This document shows positions 47,332-57,156 of a DNA stretch of 64,000 bases, one piece after another; position 1 is the first letter of the stretch; each line of letters begins with the position of its first letter. The DNA is from Mycobacteriales bacterium (GTDB taxonomy: Bacteria; Actinomycetota; Actinomycetes; Mycobacteriales; SCTD01). The notes beneath the pieces were generated by a model. It did no database searches and was not told the DNA's origin. It was given only the letters and a program-made list of their open reading frames with translations. Location: positions 144,292-208,291 of the forward strand of contig JAUJOY010000003.1 of NCBI GenBank assembly GCA_030447385.1, in the 5' to 3' direction. The translations under genes and the position numbers were made by a program.

Positions 47332-48300
47332 ATGCCTGCTGTCACCGCCGACACCCTCACCCTCGCTCGCGTCCCGCGGCCGGGACTCGGCGACGTGGAG
47401 CGTCCCGTCCTGAAGGTGGTGACCGCGCCGCAGGGCTTCGAGGGTGAGGGCTTCCCGGTGCGCCGGGCGTTCGCCGGGATCTCGTCCCACCTCCTGGACC
47501 CCTTCCTCATGATGGACCAGATGGGCGAGGTGGAGTACGCGCCGGGCGAGCCCAAGGGGACCTCCTGGCACCCGCACCGCGGTTTCGAGACCGTCACCTA
47601 CATCCTCGACGGCGCCTTTCAGCATCAGGACAGCCACGGCGGCGGTGGCTTCATCCGCGATGGCGCGACGCAGTGGATGACCGCCGGTGGCGGGATCCTG
47701 CACATCGAGACCCCGCCGGTCGAGCTCGTCCGCTCCGGCGGTGTCTTCCACGGGATCCAGCTGTGGGTCAACCTGCCGGCGGCGCTGAAGATGACCGACC
47801 CGGCGTACCAGAACCTCGAGGGGCGCGACGTCGTGCTGCTGTCCTCCGACGACGGCGGCTCGCTGCTGCGGGTCATCGCCGGCGACGTTGCCGGGCACCG
47901 CGGGCCGGGCTCCACCCGCACCCCGATCAGCCTCGTCCACGCCTCGGTGTCGCCCGGCGCGCGGCTGTCGCTCCCGTGGCGCCCCGACTTCAACGCGCTC
48001 GTCTACGTGCTGTCCGGCTCCGGCCGCCTCGGCGCCGAGGGACGTCCGGTGCGCTCCGGGCAGACGGCGGTTCTCGGTGCCGGGGACCACCTGACGATCC
48101 GGGCGGACGACGTCCAGGAGACGCGGCACCCGCAGCTCGAGGTGCTGCTCCTCGGCGGGAAGCCGATCGGCGAGGCGGTGGCGCAGTACGGCCCGTTCGT
48201 CATGAACACCAGGGCTGAGCTGCAGCAGGCGGTCGAGGACTTCCAGTCCGGGCGCTTCGGCCAGATCCCGGCTGGCGCCCTCATGCCGCACACCGGCTGA
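47332..48300 (+). CDS. Pirin-family protein
   Basis: WHPHRGFETVTYILDG, WMTAGGGILHIE; 322 aa with a bicupin layout. Confidence 0.9.
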   Translation: MPAVTADTLTLARVPRPGLGDVERPVLKVVTAPQGFEGEGFPVRRAFAGISSHLLDPFLMMDQMGEVEYAPGEPKGTSWHPHRGFETVTYILDGAFQHQDSHGGGGFIRDGATQWMTAGGGILHIETPPVELVRSGGVFHGIQLWVNLPAALKMTDPAYQNLEGRDVVLLSSDDGGSLLRVIAGDVAGHRGPGSTRTPISLVHASVSPGARLSLPWRPDFNALVYVLSGSGRLGAEGRPVRSGQTAVLGAGDHLTIRADDVQETRHPQLEVLLLGGKPIGEAVAQYGPFVMNTRAELQQAVEDFQSGRFGQIPAGALMPHTG

Positions 48301-48305
48301 CCCCC

Positions 48306-48947
48306 CTACCTCCGGTAGAGGGCCGCAGCCGTGGCCGTCGCCAGGTTGAGGCTGCTCACCCCCGGCCGCATCGGCAGGGCGAGGACCAGGTCGGCGCGGG
48401 CCCGCAGGCCGGCGCCCACCCCGGTGCGCTCGCTGCCGACGACCAGCACCGCGTCGTCGGGCAGCGGCGCCGCCGGATCCCCGTCGGCGTCCAGGACGAC
48501 GACCGGCCCGGTCAGCTCCGCCTCCTCCACCCGTAGCACGGGCAGCGCGTAGTGCAGCCCGGCGCTTCCGCGCAGCACGCCCGGATGCCACGGGTCGAGC
48601 GTTCCGGTGACGGCGACACCGGAGGCGTACGCGGCGGCCGCGACCCGCACCACCGCCCCCACGTTGCCCGGCGAGCGCGGGCGGTCCAGGACCACCAGGG
48701 GGCGGGTACGGGTGCGCAGCACCCCCCGCTGCTCGGCCGGGATGCGCCCGACCGCCTCGATCCCGGTGTGGTGGGCCACCGCTGCCTCACTGGCCGCTGA
48801 CAGCAGCAGCTCCGTGATGTCCGGGGCGAGCCGGTCGGCCAGCGCGCGAGCGCCGTCGAGGCTGCGGACGCGTACGCCCGACACCGCGCCAGGAGCGAAG
48901 CGCAGCGCGTGCTTGACGGCGTGGAAGCCCTCGATGCGGACGGTCAT
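48306..48947 (-). CDS. TrmH/SpoU-family RNA 2'-O-methyltransferase
   Basis: PRSPGNVGAVVRVAAA, LVVGSERTGV, MRPGVSSLNLATATAAALY. Confidence 0.85.
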   Translation of the reverse strand: MTVRIEGFHAVKHALRFAPGAVSGVRVRSLDGARALADRLAPDITELLLSAASEAAVAHHTGIEAVGRIPAEQRGVLRTRTRPLVVLDRPRSPGNVGAVVRVAAAAYASGVAVTGTLDPWHPGVLRGSAGLHYALPVLRVEEAELTGPVVVLDADGDPAAPLPDDAVLVVGSERTGVGAGLRARADLVLALPMRPGVSSLNLATATAAALYRR

Positions 48948-48993
48948 GCTCGCCAGCCTGCCCCGCGACCTGCGCCAGGGGCGCAGCGAGCGA

Positions 48994-49902
48994 CTAGGAG
49001 CCCTCCTCCGCCTGCTGGGCGAGGAACTGCTCCAGCTCGTCCCCGAGCTCGTCGGCGGTCGGCAGCGAGCCGCCCATCTCCGCCAGCAGGCCGCGCGAGG
49101 CGCCGGTGCGGTAGGCGTCGTACTGCACCTCGAGGGCCCGCACCACGGCCGTGACCTCTTCGGCGTCGTTCACCTGCTTGTCCACCTCGGCGCGCACCTC
49201 GCGCGCGGACTCCTCCAGCTGCTGCGTGGTCAGTGACAGGCCGGTCAGCCCCGCCACGCTGTCGAGCAGGGCGACGGCCGCGGCGGGGTAGCCCGCCTCG
49301 GACAGGTAGTGGGGCACAGCCACGGCGAAGCCGGCGGCGTCGTGACCGGCCTGCCCGAGGCGGTACTCCAGCAGGTGACCGGCGCTCGCCGGCACCTGGA
49401 CCGTCCCGACCCAGCGCTCGGTGCCGGCCACGAGCTCGGGCCGGGTGGCGTGGGCGATGATGCCGAGCGGCCGGGTGTGCGGGACGGCCATGGCGATCGC
49501 GTTGAGGCCCACGGTCAGGCGTACCCCCAGCTGCTCGACGAGCCGGCGCACCGCTTCGGTGAAGGCCTCCCACTGCACGTCGGGCTCAGGACCGGCAAGA
49601 AGCAGGAAGGGCGTCCCGTTGCTGTCGCGAAGCAGGTGCAGGGCGAGCTGCGGGTCGGCGTAGTCGGACCAGTGGTCGATGTCGAAGGTCATGATCGGTC
49701 GGCGGGCGCGGTAGTCCAGGAGGGTGTCGACGTCGAACGTCGCGATCACCTTGGACTCGTGCGCCGCCAGCAGGTGCTCGCGGGCGAGGCGCTTGGCGGC
49801 TCCGGCGTCGACGAAGCCGTCCAGCGCCTGGATCAGCACCGGCTTGCCGAGCTCGGGCCGGTCGGGATCCAGCACGTAGAGCTCGCGCGGGTCGCTGCTC
49901 AC
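48994..49902 (-). CDS. PAC2-family (proteasome-assembly-chaperone-like) protein
   Basis: AGGAG RBS 6 nt upstream of the GTG at 49902 (alternative ATG at 49935). ...ELYVLDPDRPELGKPVLIQALDGFVDAGAA...FLLLAGPEPDVQWEAF... Confidence 0.78.
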   Translation of the reverse strand: MSSDPRELYVLDPDRPELGKPVLIQALDGFVDAGAAKRLAREHLLAAHESKVIATFDVDTLLDYRARRPIMTFDIDHWSDYADPQLALHLLRDSNGTPFLLLAGPEPDVQWEAFTEAVRRLVEQLGVRLTVGLNAIAMAVPHTRPLGIIAHATRPELVAGTERWVGTVQVPASAGHLLEYRLGQAGHDAAGFAVAVPHYLSEAGYPAAAVALLDSVAGLTGLSLTTQQLEESAREVRAEVDKQVNDAEEVTAVVRALEVQYDAYRTGASRGLLAEMGGSLPTADELGDELEQFLAQQAEEGS

Positions 49903-50054
49903 GGATGCTCCTGCTCTGTGGGGGCCGTTCCCCATGCAGAACGTCTGGCCCACGAAGCCTTGTTCCGGTGGCCGCCGGCGCCGGGCCCCCGCCACGCACA
50001 GGCTCGCCCCGATGGGCCGTCCGGAGCACCCGCCGGCCGCTAGCGTGGCTCGGC

Positions 50055-52136
50055 GTGGCGCAGGTGCATGCGGAGAAGGCCTTGCGGGCGCTGGACGCGG
50101 CGCTCGGAGCCGTCCCCGGCTCGCAGGAGCGGCCGGGGCAGCGGCAGATGGTGCAGGCCGTGGCCGCGGCGCTCGCCACGCAGGAGCACCTGCTGGTGCA
50201 GGCCGGGACGGGAACCGGGAAGTCGCTGGCATACCTCGTGCCGGCCCTGACCTCGGGCAAGCGCGTGGTCGTCGCGACGGCGACGAAGGCCCTGCAGGCC
50301 CAGCTGGTCGACAAGGACCTGCCCCGCCTGGTCACGGCGCTCGCACCCGTGCTGGGGCGTACGCCGACGTACGCCCTGGCCAAGGGGCGCGGGAACTACC
50401 TGTGCCTGCAGCAGGCGCACGGCGGCCCCGGCGCGCGGGCGGACGAGCAGGAGAGCCTGTTCGACGGCCCGCAGAGCTCGCTCGGCGCGCAGGTGTTGCG
50501 GCTGCGCGAGTGGGGCGAGCAGACCGAGACCGGTGACCGCGACGAGGTGCCGTTCCCGGTGCCGGACCGCGCCTGGCGCCAGGTGTCGGTCAGCGCGCGC
50601 GAGTGCCTCGGCGCGAAGTGCCCCGACCGGATGGATTGCTTCTCGGAGAAGGCGCGGGAGGCAGCGAGGTGGGCCGACATCGTCATCGCCAACCACACCC
50701 TGCTCGCGCTCGACGTGTTCACCGGCGTGCAGGTGCTCCCCGAGCGGGACGCCGTGGTGCTGGACGAGGCCCACGAGTTCGCGGACTCGGTCACCGGCGC
50801 GCTCTCGCACGAGCTGTCCGGAGCCGACGTGAAGCGCGCCGTCGCCGCCGCCGCCGACCTCGTCGCGGCAGCGACCCTGCAGCGGCTCGAGGAGGCCCGC
50901 GACGGCGTCGAGGGCATCCTCGGCGTCCTCCCGCCCGGCTGGGTGCCGCAGCTCGACCGGCACTCGCTCGACGTCCTCGGCCTGCTCGACGTCACGGCAG
51001 GAGCGGCCGTCAGCGAGATCACCCGAGGCAGCGCGGAGGTCGCGGACGACGACGTCGAGCTGGCCCGGCGTGAGCGTGCCCGCGGCGGGCTCAGCGCCGT
51101 CCTCGAGGCCGCGCGGGAGATCGGCACCCCCTCGGTGCCCTCCGCGGTCTACGTCGTCGCGGACGGGACGACCACGCGGCTGCGGGTGTCGCCGCTGCGG
51201 GTGGGGGGCGCACTGGGCAGCACGCTGTTCGGCAGCACGACGGTCATCGCGACCTCCGCCACCCTGACCCTCGGCGGGTCCTTCCGGCACGCCGCCGCCG
51301 AGCTCGGCCTGGCCTGGCTCGCCGGCCGTCCGGTGGGCGACAGGGCCGAGCCCGACGGGCGCGACCCGGTTGCGGTGGACGAGGTCCTGGAGCGGGACGA
51401 CCCGTCACCCCGGTGGAGGCACCTGGATGTCGGCAGCCCGTTCGACTACTCCAGGCAGAGCCAGCTCTGGGTGGCGCGCTCCCTGCCCGACCCCGGCCGG
51501 AGCGGCGTCTCCTGGGCGCGCGAGGTGGACGAGCTGCTGGTCGAGCTGGTGCAGGCAGCCGGAGGCCGCACGCTCGCGTTGTTCAGCTCGACGGCTGCGG
51601 CCACACGCGCCGCGGCCGCCGTACGCGCAGCGACGGACCTGCCGATCCTGCTGCAGGGCGAGGACTCGCCCGGCGCCCTGCAGCACCGCTTCGCGGCGGA
51701 GGCGCGCACCTGCCTGTTCGGCACCCGGTCGTTCTGGCAGGGCGTGGACACCCCGGGCAGCGCCTGCCAGCTGGTCGTCCTGGACCGCATCCCGTTCGGC
51801 CACGTGGAGGACCCGCTGAGCAAGGCGCGCCTCGCGGCCGCCGCGGCCGCCGGCCGCAACGGCTTCCTCGAGGTCACCCTTCCCCCGGCGGCCGTCCTGC
51901 TCGCGCAGGGAGCCGGGCGGCTGGTCCGCTCCACCACCGACCGCGGCGTCGTCGTCGTGCTCGACCCGCGGCTCGAGACCGCGGGCTACTCCGGTGTCCT
52001 GCTGAGCAGCCTGCCGCCGTTCTACCGGGCGCGTTCGAAGGAGGCGGTCCTCGCCTCGCTGCGGGCCATCGACGCCGATGCTCCGCCCGTGCTCGCCTGC
52101 GGGCCACCGCCCTCGGAGCGCCGCCGCGCGGGCTGA
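50055..52136 (+). CDS. dinG: DinG/XPD-family ATP-dependent DNA helicase
   Basis: RPGQRQMVQAV...LLVQAGTGTGKSLAYLVPA (Walker A), VVLDEAHEF (DEAH), and C-terminal SFWQGVD.PG...LVVLDRIPF. The start is uncertain (GTG at 50055/50064; the ORF opens at 49905). Confidence 0.85.
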   Translation: MAQVHAEKALRALDAALGAVPGSQERPGQRQMVQAVAAALATQEHLLVQAGTGTGKSLAYLVPALTSGKRVVVATATKALQAQLVDKDLPRLVTALAPVLGRTPTYALAKGRGNYLCLQQAHGGPGARADEQESLFDGPQSSLGAQVLRLREWGEQTETGDRDEVPFPVPDRAWRQVSVSARECLGAKCPDRMDCFSEKAREAARWADIVIANHTLLALDVFTGVQVLPERDAVVLDEAHEFADSVTGALSHELSGADVKRAVAAAADLVAAATLQRLEEARDGVEGILGVLPPGWVPQLDRHSLDVLGLLDVTAGAAVSEITRGSAEVADDDVELARRERARGGLSAVLEAAREIGTPSVPSAVYVVADGTTTRLRVSPLRVGGALGSTLFGSTTVIATSATLTLGGSFRHAAAELGLAWLAGRPVGDRAEPDGRDPVAVDEVLERDDPSPRWRHLDVGSPFDYSRQSQLWVARSLPDPGRSGVSWAREVDELLVELVQAAGGRTLALFSSTAAATRAAAAVRAATDLPILLQGEDSPGALQHRFAAEARTCLFGTRSFWQGVDTPGSACQLVVLDRIPFGHVEDPLSKARLAAAAAAGRNGFLEVTLPPAAVLLAQGAGRLVRSTTDRGVVVVLDPRLETAGYSGVLLSSLPPFYRARSKEAVLASLRAIDADAPPVLACGPPPSERRRAG

Positions 52137-52146
52137 CCGGCCGGTC

Positions 52147-53016
52147 GTGGAGCATGCCGTCGTGGACCGCACACGCGAACACCTCGCCGAGGCGCTCGGT
52201 CAGGTCGCCGGGCAGATCGTCCTCACCCGCACCGGCGGCGTCGTCACCCTCGCCTTCGCCCGGCCGGACAAGCACAACGCCATCTCCTACGCGATGTGGC
52301 AGGCCCTGTCGCGGGTGATGCCGGTGCTGGCCGCTGACGAGGGCTGCGACGTCGTGGTCGTACGCGGTACCCCGGGCGGCCCGTTCTCCTCCGGGGCGGA
52401 CATCGGGGAGTTCTCCACCCTGCGTGCCGGGCCGGACGGTGCCCGCCGCTACGGGGAGGCCGTCGAGGCGGGGGAGCAGGCGCTGATCGGCTTCCCGAAG
52501 CCGACCGTCGCCCTGATCGAGGGCTTCGCCATCGGCGGGGGCACGCAGGTCGCCCTCGCCTGCGACCTGAGGGTCTGCGGGACCGGCTCCCGCTTCGGCA
52601 TCCCGCCGGCCAAGCTGGGCATCGTCTACGCCCTGGGCTCGACCGCGCGGCTGGTCGAGACGGTGGGCCCGGCCTGGGCCCGGTGGATCCTGCTGACAGG
52701 TGACCTGGTCGACGCCTCCACCGCGCTGCGGATCGGACTGGTGCACGAGGTGGTGGGCACCGGAGAGGTGGCGGACCGGGCGTACGCGCTGGCTGCGGGA
52801 CTGGCCTCCCGCGCACGGGTCTCGCTGGTCGGTGGCAAGCAGCTGGTGGCGCGGCTGGCCCGGGGGGAGCGCGAGGAGGATGACGCGGTCCGCGAGCTGT
52901 ACCACCAGTCCTGGGGGAGCGAGGAGTACGCAGAAGGCGTGGCGTCGTTCCTGGACAAGCGGGCACCCGACTTCCCGGCGGCGCGCAGGCGCCGGTCGGC
53001 CCCCCCGCGCTCCTGA
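52147..53016 (+). CDS. Enoyl-CoA hydratase/isomerase (crotonase) family protein
   Basis: LAFARPDKHNAIS, GGPFSSGADIGEF, ALIEGFAIGGGTQVALACDLRV. The start is probably the GTG at 52147. Confidence 0.85.
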   Translation: MEHAVVDRTREHLAEALGQVAGQIVLTRTGGVVTLAFARPDKHNAISYAMWQALSRVMPVLAADEGCDVVVVRGTPGGPFSSGADIGEFSTLRAGPDGARRYGEAVEAGEQALIGFPKPTVALIEGFAIGGGTQVALACDLRVCGTGSRFGIPPAKLGIVYALGSTARLVETVGPAWARWILLTGDLVDASTALRIGLVHEVVGTGEVADRAYALAAGLASRARVSLVGGKQLVARLARGEREEDDAVRELYHQSWGSEEYAEGVASFLDKRAPDFPAARRRRSAPPRS

Positions 53017-53028
53017 CGGGCTGCGCCG

Positions 53029-53862
53029 TCAGCGGTGGAACAGGTCCGGCGGCGGACGAGGCGAGCTGCGCGCGTTCGCGTCGGTGACCGGGGCAGCGCC
53101 ACCGGTGAAGTCGCGCAGGTCCTGACCGCTCACGAGCCGCGCCCGGGTGCGCCCGCCGGCGCCGGCTGCGCGCCGGGTCAGCAGGTCCACGGGCAGCGGC
53201 CCTGCGCCGGCCGCCAGCACCAGGTTGGCGAACCGGCGTCCGCGGAGCACCGACGGGTCCGCGAGCAGCACGACGTGCTCGAAGGCCGCGAGCAGTGTCG
53301 CGACCTGCGCCTTCGCGAACGGCAGGGGCCGACCGTCGGCGACGTTGACGACGTACACGCCCTCGGGGCGCAGGAGCCGCCGCACCTCGAGCAGCCACTC
53401 CAGGGTGGTGACGTGGACCGGCATCAGCGCCGCCTCGAACAGGTCGGCCACGACGAGATCGCTCTCGCCCGGCCGCAGCCGGGCGAGCTCCGCCCGGGCC
53501 TCACCGATCCGCAGCCGGAAGCCGGTCGTCCCGAAGCTGGTGCGCACCAGCTCGGCCAGCGCCGCGTCCGCCTCGATCACCAGCTGGCGAGACCCCGGCC
53601 GGGTGGCCGCGACGTAGCGCGGCAGCGTGCATGCGCCGCCCCCCAGGTGCACCGCCTGCAGCGGACCTTCCGGGAGGAGGCAGTCGACCACGTCACCCAT
53701 GAGGCGCACGTAGTCGAACTCGAGGTGCGTCGGGTCGGCCAGGTCGAGGTAGGACTGCGGCACGCCGTCGACGGTCAGCAGCCAGCCGTCGTCGCGGTCG
53801 GCGTCGCGCAGCAGCTCCGCCGCACCGAAGGCGGCCGGCCAGCGTCCTGGGACAGCGCTCAT
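53029..53862 (-). CDS. Spermidine-synthase-like SAM-dependent methyltransferase-fold protein
   Basis: ...LLTVDGVPQSYLDLADPTHLEFDYVRLM...AVHLGGGACTLPRY...VVADLF...; 277 aa. Confidence 0.75.
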   Translation of the reverse strand: MSAVPGRWPAAFGAAELLRDADRDDGWLLTVDGVPQSYLDLADPTHLEFDYVRLMGDVVDCLLPEGPLQAVHLGGGACTLPRYVAATRPGSRQLVIEADAALAELVRTSFGTTGFRLRIGEARAELARLRPGESDLVVADLFEAALMPVHVTTLEWLLEVRRLLRPEGVYVVNVADGRPLPFAKAQVATLLAAFEHVVLLADPSVLRGRRFANLVLAAGAGPLPVDLLTRRAAGAGGRTRARLVSGQDLRDFTGGAAPVTDANARSSPRPPPDLFHR

Positions 53863-53907
53863 GGAGGAAGCTGCCGCAGGCGGGCCCGCCGAAAAGGCGG
53901 GTGCAGC

Positions 53908-54801
53908 TCAGGTCTCCGGCTCGTTGTCGCGGTGACGGCGCAGGAGCCTTCTTCCGGGCAGACCGGTCGCGACGCGGTGCAGGTCCTCGACCAGCTCGAG
54001 CAGGTCGTGCAGCTCGGGCCCGACGTTGCCGAGCTGCCGCATCACCGGGAGCACGTCCTCGACGAGGACCAGCACGTCCGGCAGCTTGTCGATGAGCAGC
54101 ACCGCCGCGTCGACCTCGTGCGGCTCGAGGGTCTCTGCCAGCCGCTTCAGCACCGGCATCATCTGCTCGATCGGCCCCTTCGCCAACCCGAGCAGGTAGT
54201 CGGCGTTGTCGACCAGACCCCCTGCGCCGACCAGCACCTGCGAGGTGCGGCTGACCGTCCGGCCCACCTTGTGCAGGAGCGCAGTGGTGTCCGTCACCGC
54301 TGCCTCCGCGGATCCGAGGACCCCCTCGGCGCGCTGCACCGACGTGGTGGCGGCTCCGATCACCCCGTCGACCTGCCGCACGGAACCGGTCGCGGCCGAG
54401 ACGATCCCGTCGACGCTGGCGACCGTCACGTCGACCCGGGTCAGCAGGCCGTCCACGCGCTGCACCGAGCGGTCGGCTCCGTCGAGGACCGGGCCCACCC
54501 GGGTCACCGAGCCCTCTACGAGGTCGACGACCGGCTCGATCCGGCGCAGCAGCCCGGCGGCGTCCGACAGCAGCGGCCCGGTGGCCGTCACCATCGCGTC
54601 GGCATCGACGGCGACCTGCTCGATGGTGGTCACCGCAGCATCGGCCCGCGCGAGCAGCCCCTCGACGCGCAGGACCGCGTCCTCGAGCCGCGGGACCAAG
54701 GCGATGGCACCGGTGGCTGCGCGGCCGAGCGAGGTGGCCGCTGCGGCCACGTCGCGTACTGCGTGAGCAAGGTCGAGCGGGCCGGGCAGGGGCAGGCGCA
54801 C
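53908..54801 (-). CDS. Hypothetical protein with a long degenerate ~11-residue repeat region (V/D/G/A/T-rich helical repeats)
   Basis: GTG start. Residues ~35-200 read as consecutive 11-mers, e.g. SVQRVDGLLTR / VDVTVASVDGI / VSAATGSVRQV / DGVIGAATTSV / QRAEGVLGSAE. The C-terminal part is Leu/Asp/Glu-rich and helical. Confidence 0.6.
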   Translation of the reverse strand: MRLPLPGPLDLAHAVRDVAAAATSLGRAATGAIALVPRLEDAVLRVEGLLARADAAVTTIEQVAVDADAMVTATGPLLSDAAGLLRRIEPVVDLVEGSVTRVGPVLDGADRSVQRVDGLLTRVDVTVASVDGIVSAATGSVRQVDGVIGAATTSVQRAEGVLGSAEAAVTDTTALLHKVGRTVSRTSQVLVGAGGLVDNADYLLGLAKGPIEQMMPVLKRLAETLEPHEVDAAVLLIDKLPDVLVLVEDVLPVMRQLGNVGPELHDLLELVEDLHRVATGLPGRRLLRRHRDNEPET

Positions 54802-54912
54802 CGTGGAACCGTACGCCCGCCGCCGCAGCCGCGGCTTGGCGGACGCGCTGCCGGGGTAGCCCGCCAGGCAGCGCCACCCGACCGGGGCGGCCTCGCGAAG
54901 GAGCTGCTGTCG

Positions 54913-55032
54913 ATGGCACGACGTTCGGTCAGGGTCCGGCCACTCGGCGGCGGGATCGGCTGCCTCGCGATGATCGTGTTCTCGGTGCTCGCCTCGATCC
55001 TGCTGAGCGTCCTGCTCAACACCATCCTGTAG
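54913..55032 (+). CDS. Candidate small membrane protein (39 aa)
   Basis: GAAGGAG lies ~10 nt upstream of the ATG. MARRSVRVRPLGGGIGCLAMIVFSVLASILLSVLLNTIL is a basic head plus one TM helix. It is the only convincing part of the long shadow ORF 53035..55032. Confidence 0.45.
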   Translation: MARRSVRVRPLGGGIGCLAMIVFSVLASILLSVLLNTIL

Positions 55033-55065
55033 GGCCGCCGTCCTGCTGCAAGGACTGGGAGCGGG

Positions 55066-56385
55066 TCAGGCGAAGCCGGGCAGCCACCTCTGCAGCACCG
55101 AGCGGACGGGCACCGTCGCCTCGAGCTGGCACAGCACCCCGACCATGCCCAGCCACACTCGGTGGGTGAACAGGTGCTCGGCCGGCAGGTCCAGCTTCAG
55201 CGCCACGGCGAACTCCGGGTTGCGCGGGTCGTTCACCCGCGCGAACTCCCCGCGCAGCCACTCCCGGCTGAAGGAGAAGGTCTCCTCCCGCGCGGGGACG
55301 GAGAACGGCGACATGTAGTCCATCAGCTTGGCGACGTCGACGCAGACGCCTGGCCGCACGAAGCCGTCCTCGCGCAGGCGCTGCAGCACCAGGTCGGGGT
55401 CCTCGTCGAGCAGCGCGCGCAGCAGCCGGCCGAACGTCACCGGCATCTGCGGCAGCTCGAGCGACGAGCCGAAGTCGAGGACGCCCAGCCGGCCGTCCGC
55501 CAGCAGCCGGAAGTTGCCCGGATGCGGGTCGGTGTGCAGCAGCCCCGCCCGGGCGGGTCCGCTGACGAGGAAGCGCTGGTAGAGCCCGGCGGCCGCGTCG
55601 CGCGCGCTCTGCGTGCCCTCTCGCGCGACAGCGGACAGCGGGGTCCCGTCCATCCAGTCCATGACCAGGACGCGCGAGGCGGCGCGTAGGACCGACGGCA
55701 CGACCACGTCGGGGTCGTCCGCGTACGCGGTGGCGAAGCGGGTCTGCGTGCGCGCCTCGTGCAGGTAGTCGAGCTCCTCGGTCAGCCGGTCCCGCAGCTC
55801 GGCCACCAGCGGTGGAAGGGCCAGCCCGCGGGCGACCAGCGCGGCGCCACGGGACATCAGGGACAGCACCCGCACGTCGGAGGACAGCGCCTCCCGCACG
55901 CCGGGGTACTGCACCTTGACGGCCACCCGCCGGCCATCGGCCCAGACGGCGGAGTGCACCTGCCCGATGGACGCGGCCGCCACCGCCTGCTCGTCGAAGT
56001 CCCGGAACAGCTCGCGCCAGCCGTCGCCGAGCTCCGCGACCAGGACCGGCAGCACCTCGGTGAAGGGGAGAGCGGTGTTGCTCTCCTGCAGGCCCGAGAG
56101 CGCCTCGCGCCAGGTGGACTCGGGATCCTGCGGGAACAGCGCCTCGACGGTGGACAGCAGCTGCCCGGCCTTGAGCGCTCCCCCCTTCAGGTCGCCCAGA
56201 ACCCGGCGCGTGCGCGCGGCGTTGCGCTCGCGCAGCAGCGCGGTCACCTGCTCACGGTCCTGACCGGCAAGCCGGCGGGCCGCCCCCTCGGCGGCCAGCG
56301 CCGCCGCACCGGCCGGCAGCGACAGCAGGCGGACGGTCCGTACGACGCGGGCGGTGGGCAGGGTGGTCGGGGCTCGGGTGGGCAT
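55066..56385 (-). CDS. ABC1/UbiB/AarF-family atypical kinase
   Basis: AAASIGQVHSAV...RRVAVKVQYPGV, HTDPHPGNF, GVLDFG; 439 aa. Confidence 0.88.
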   Translation of the reverse strand: MPTRAPTTLPTARVVRTVRLLSLPAGAAALAAEGAARRLAGQDREQVTALLRERNAARTRRVLGDLKGGALKAGQLLSTVEALFPQDPESTWREALSGLQESNTALPFTEVLPVLVAELGDGWRELFRDFDEQAVAAASIGQVHSAVWADGRRVAVKVQYPGVREALSSDVRVLSLMSRGAALVARGLALPPLVAELRDRLTEELDYLHEARTQTRFATAYADDPDVVVPSVLRAASRVLVMDWMDGTPLSAVAREGTQSARDAAAGLYQRFLVSGPARAGLLHTDPHPGNFRLLADGRLGVLDFGSSLELPQMPVTFGRLLRALLDEDPDLVLQRLREDGFVRPGVCVDVAKLMDYMSPFSVPAREETFSFSREWLRGEFARVNDPRNPEFAVALKLDLPAEHLFTHRVWLGMVGVLCQLEATVPVRSVLQRWLPGFA

Positions 56386-56448
56386 GGCTCCAGCCTGCCC
56401 GTCAGCCGCCTCGGCACGCCGCAGGCCCCGTCGGATCCGCCCCTCGGG

Positions 56449-57156
56449 TCAGACCGCGCAGCTGTCCCCGTCACAGCCCGGAGCCGTACCCGCCCCCGCA
56501 GGAGAAGCTCCCACCGTCGGACGGCTGTGCTCCCAGCCCTGCTCGAGCAGCGCGCGAAGGACCTCGGGCGGCTGCGCCCCGGAGACGCCGAGCCGGCCGT
56601 CGACGACGAAGAACGGAACCCCGCTGATGCCGTGGGCCCGGGCCTGCCGCTCGTCGGCGCGGACCTGCTCCCCGTAGCGCTCGGAGGCCAGCACGGCCGC
56701 GACCTCCTCGACATCCAGGCCGGTATCGACCGCGAGGCGGGAAAGGGTCGACGCGTTCCCGATCGGCTCGCCCTCGCTGAAGGTGGCCAGGAGCAGGCGC
56801 TCCTTCAGGGCGTCCTGCACCCCGCGCTCGTGCGCGAGGTGCAGCAGCCGGTGGGCGTCGAAGGTGTTGCCCACCCGGGCGATGCCGAAGTGGAAGTCGA
56901 GCCCCTCCGCTGCGGCGGCGGCGGTCATCGTGTCGATCATCTGCTGGCCCTGCTCCACCGGGACGCCGTACTTCGCGGCGAGCATGACGGCGTAGTCCCC
57001 GAGGCGCTCCTGCGGCGCCTGCGGGTCCAGCTCGAACGAGCGCCAGACCACCTCCACCTCCGCGCGGTGCGGGAAGCCCGCGAGGGCGCTCTCGAAGCGG
57101 CGCTTGCCGACGTAGCACCACGGGCAGACGACGTCGGACCAGATCTCGACCCTCAT
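56449..57156 (-). CDS. DsbA/FrnE-family dithiol oxidoreductase
   Basis: MRVEIWSDVVCPWCYVGKRRFE (CPWC)...GISGVPFFVVDG; 235 aa. Confidence 0.88.
   Translation of the reverse strand: MRVEIWSDVVCPWCYVGKRRFESALAGFPHRAEVEVVWRSFELDPQAPQERLGDYAVMLAAKYGVPVEQGQQMIDTMTAAAAAEGLDFHFGIARVGNTFDAHRLLHLAHERGVQDALKERLLLATFSEGEPIGNASTLSRLAVDTGLDVEEVAAVLASERYGEQVRADERQARAHGISGVPFFVVDGRLGVSGAQPPEVLRALLEQGWEHSRPTVGASPAGAGTAPGCDGDSCAV

Noticed and set aside
53035-54912. 626 upstream codons of ORF 53035..55032.
   Set aside because: They are antisense to the spermidine-synthase-like and repeat-protein genes. Only the last 40 codons, which have their own RBS, look like a genuine small gene.
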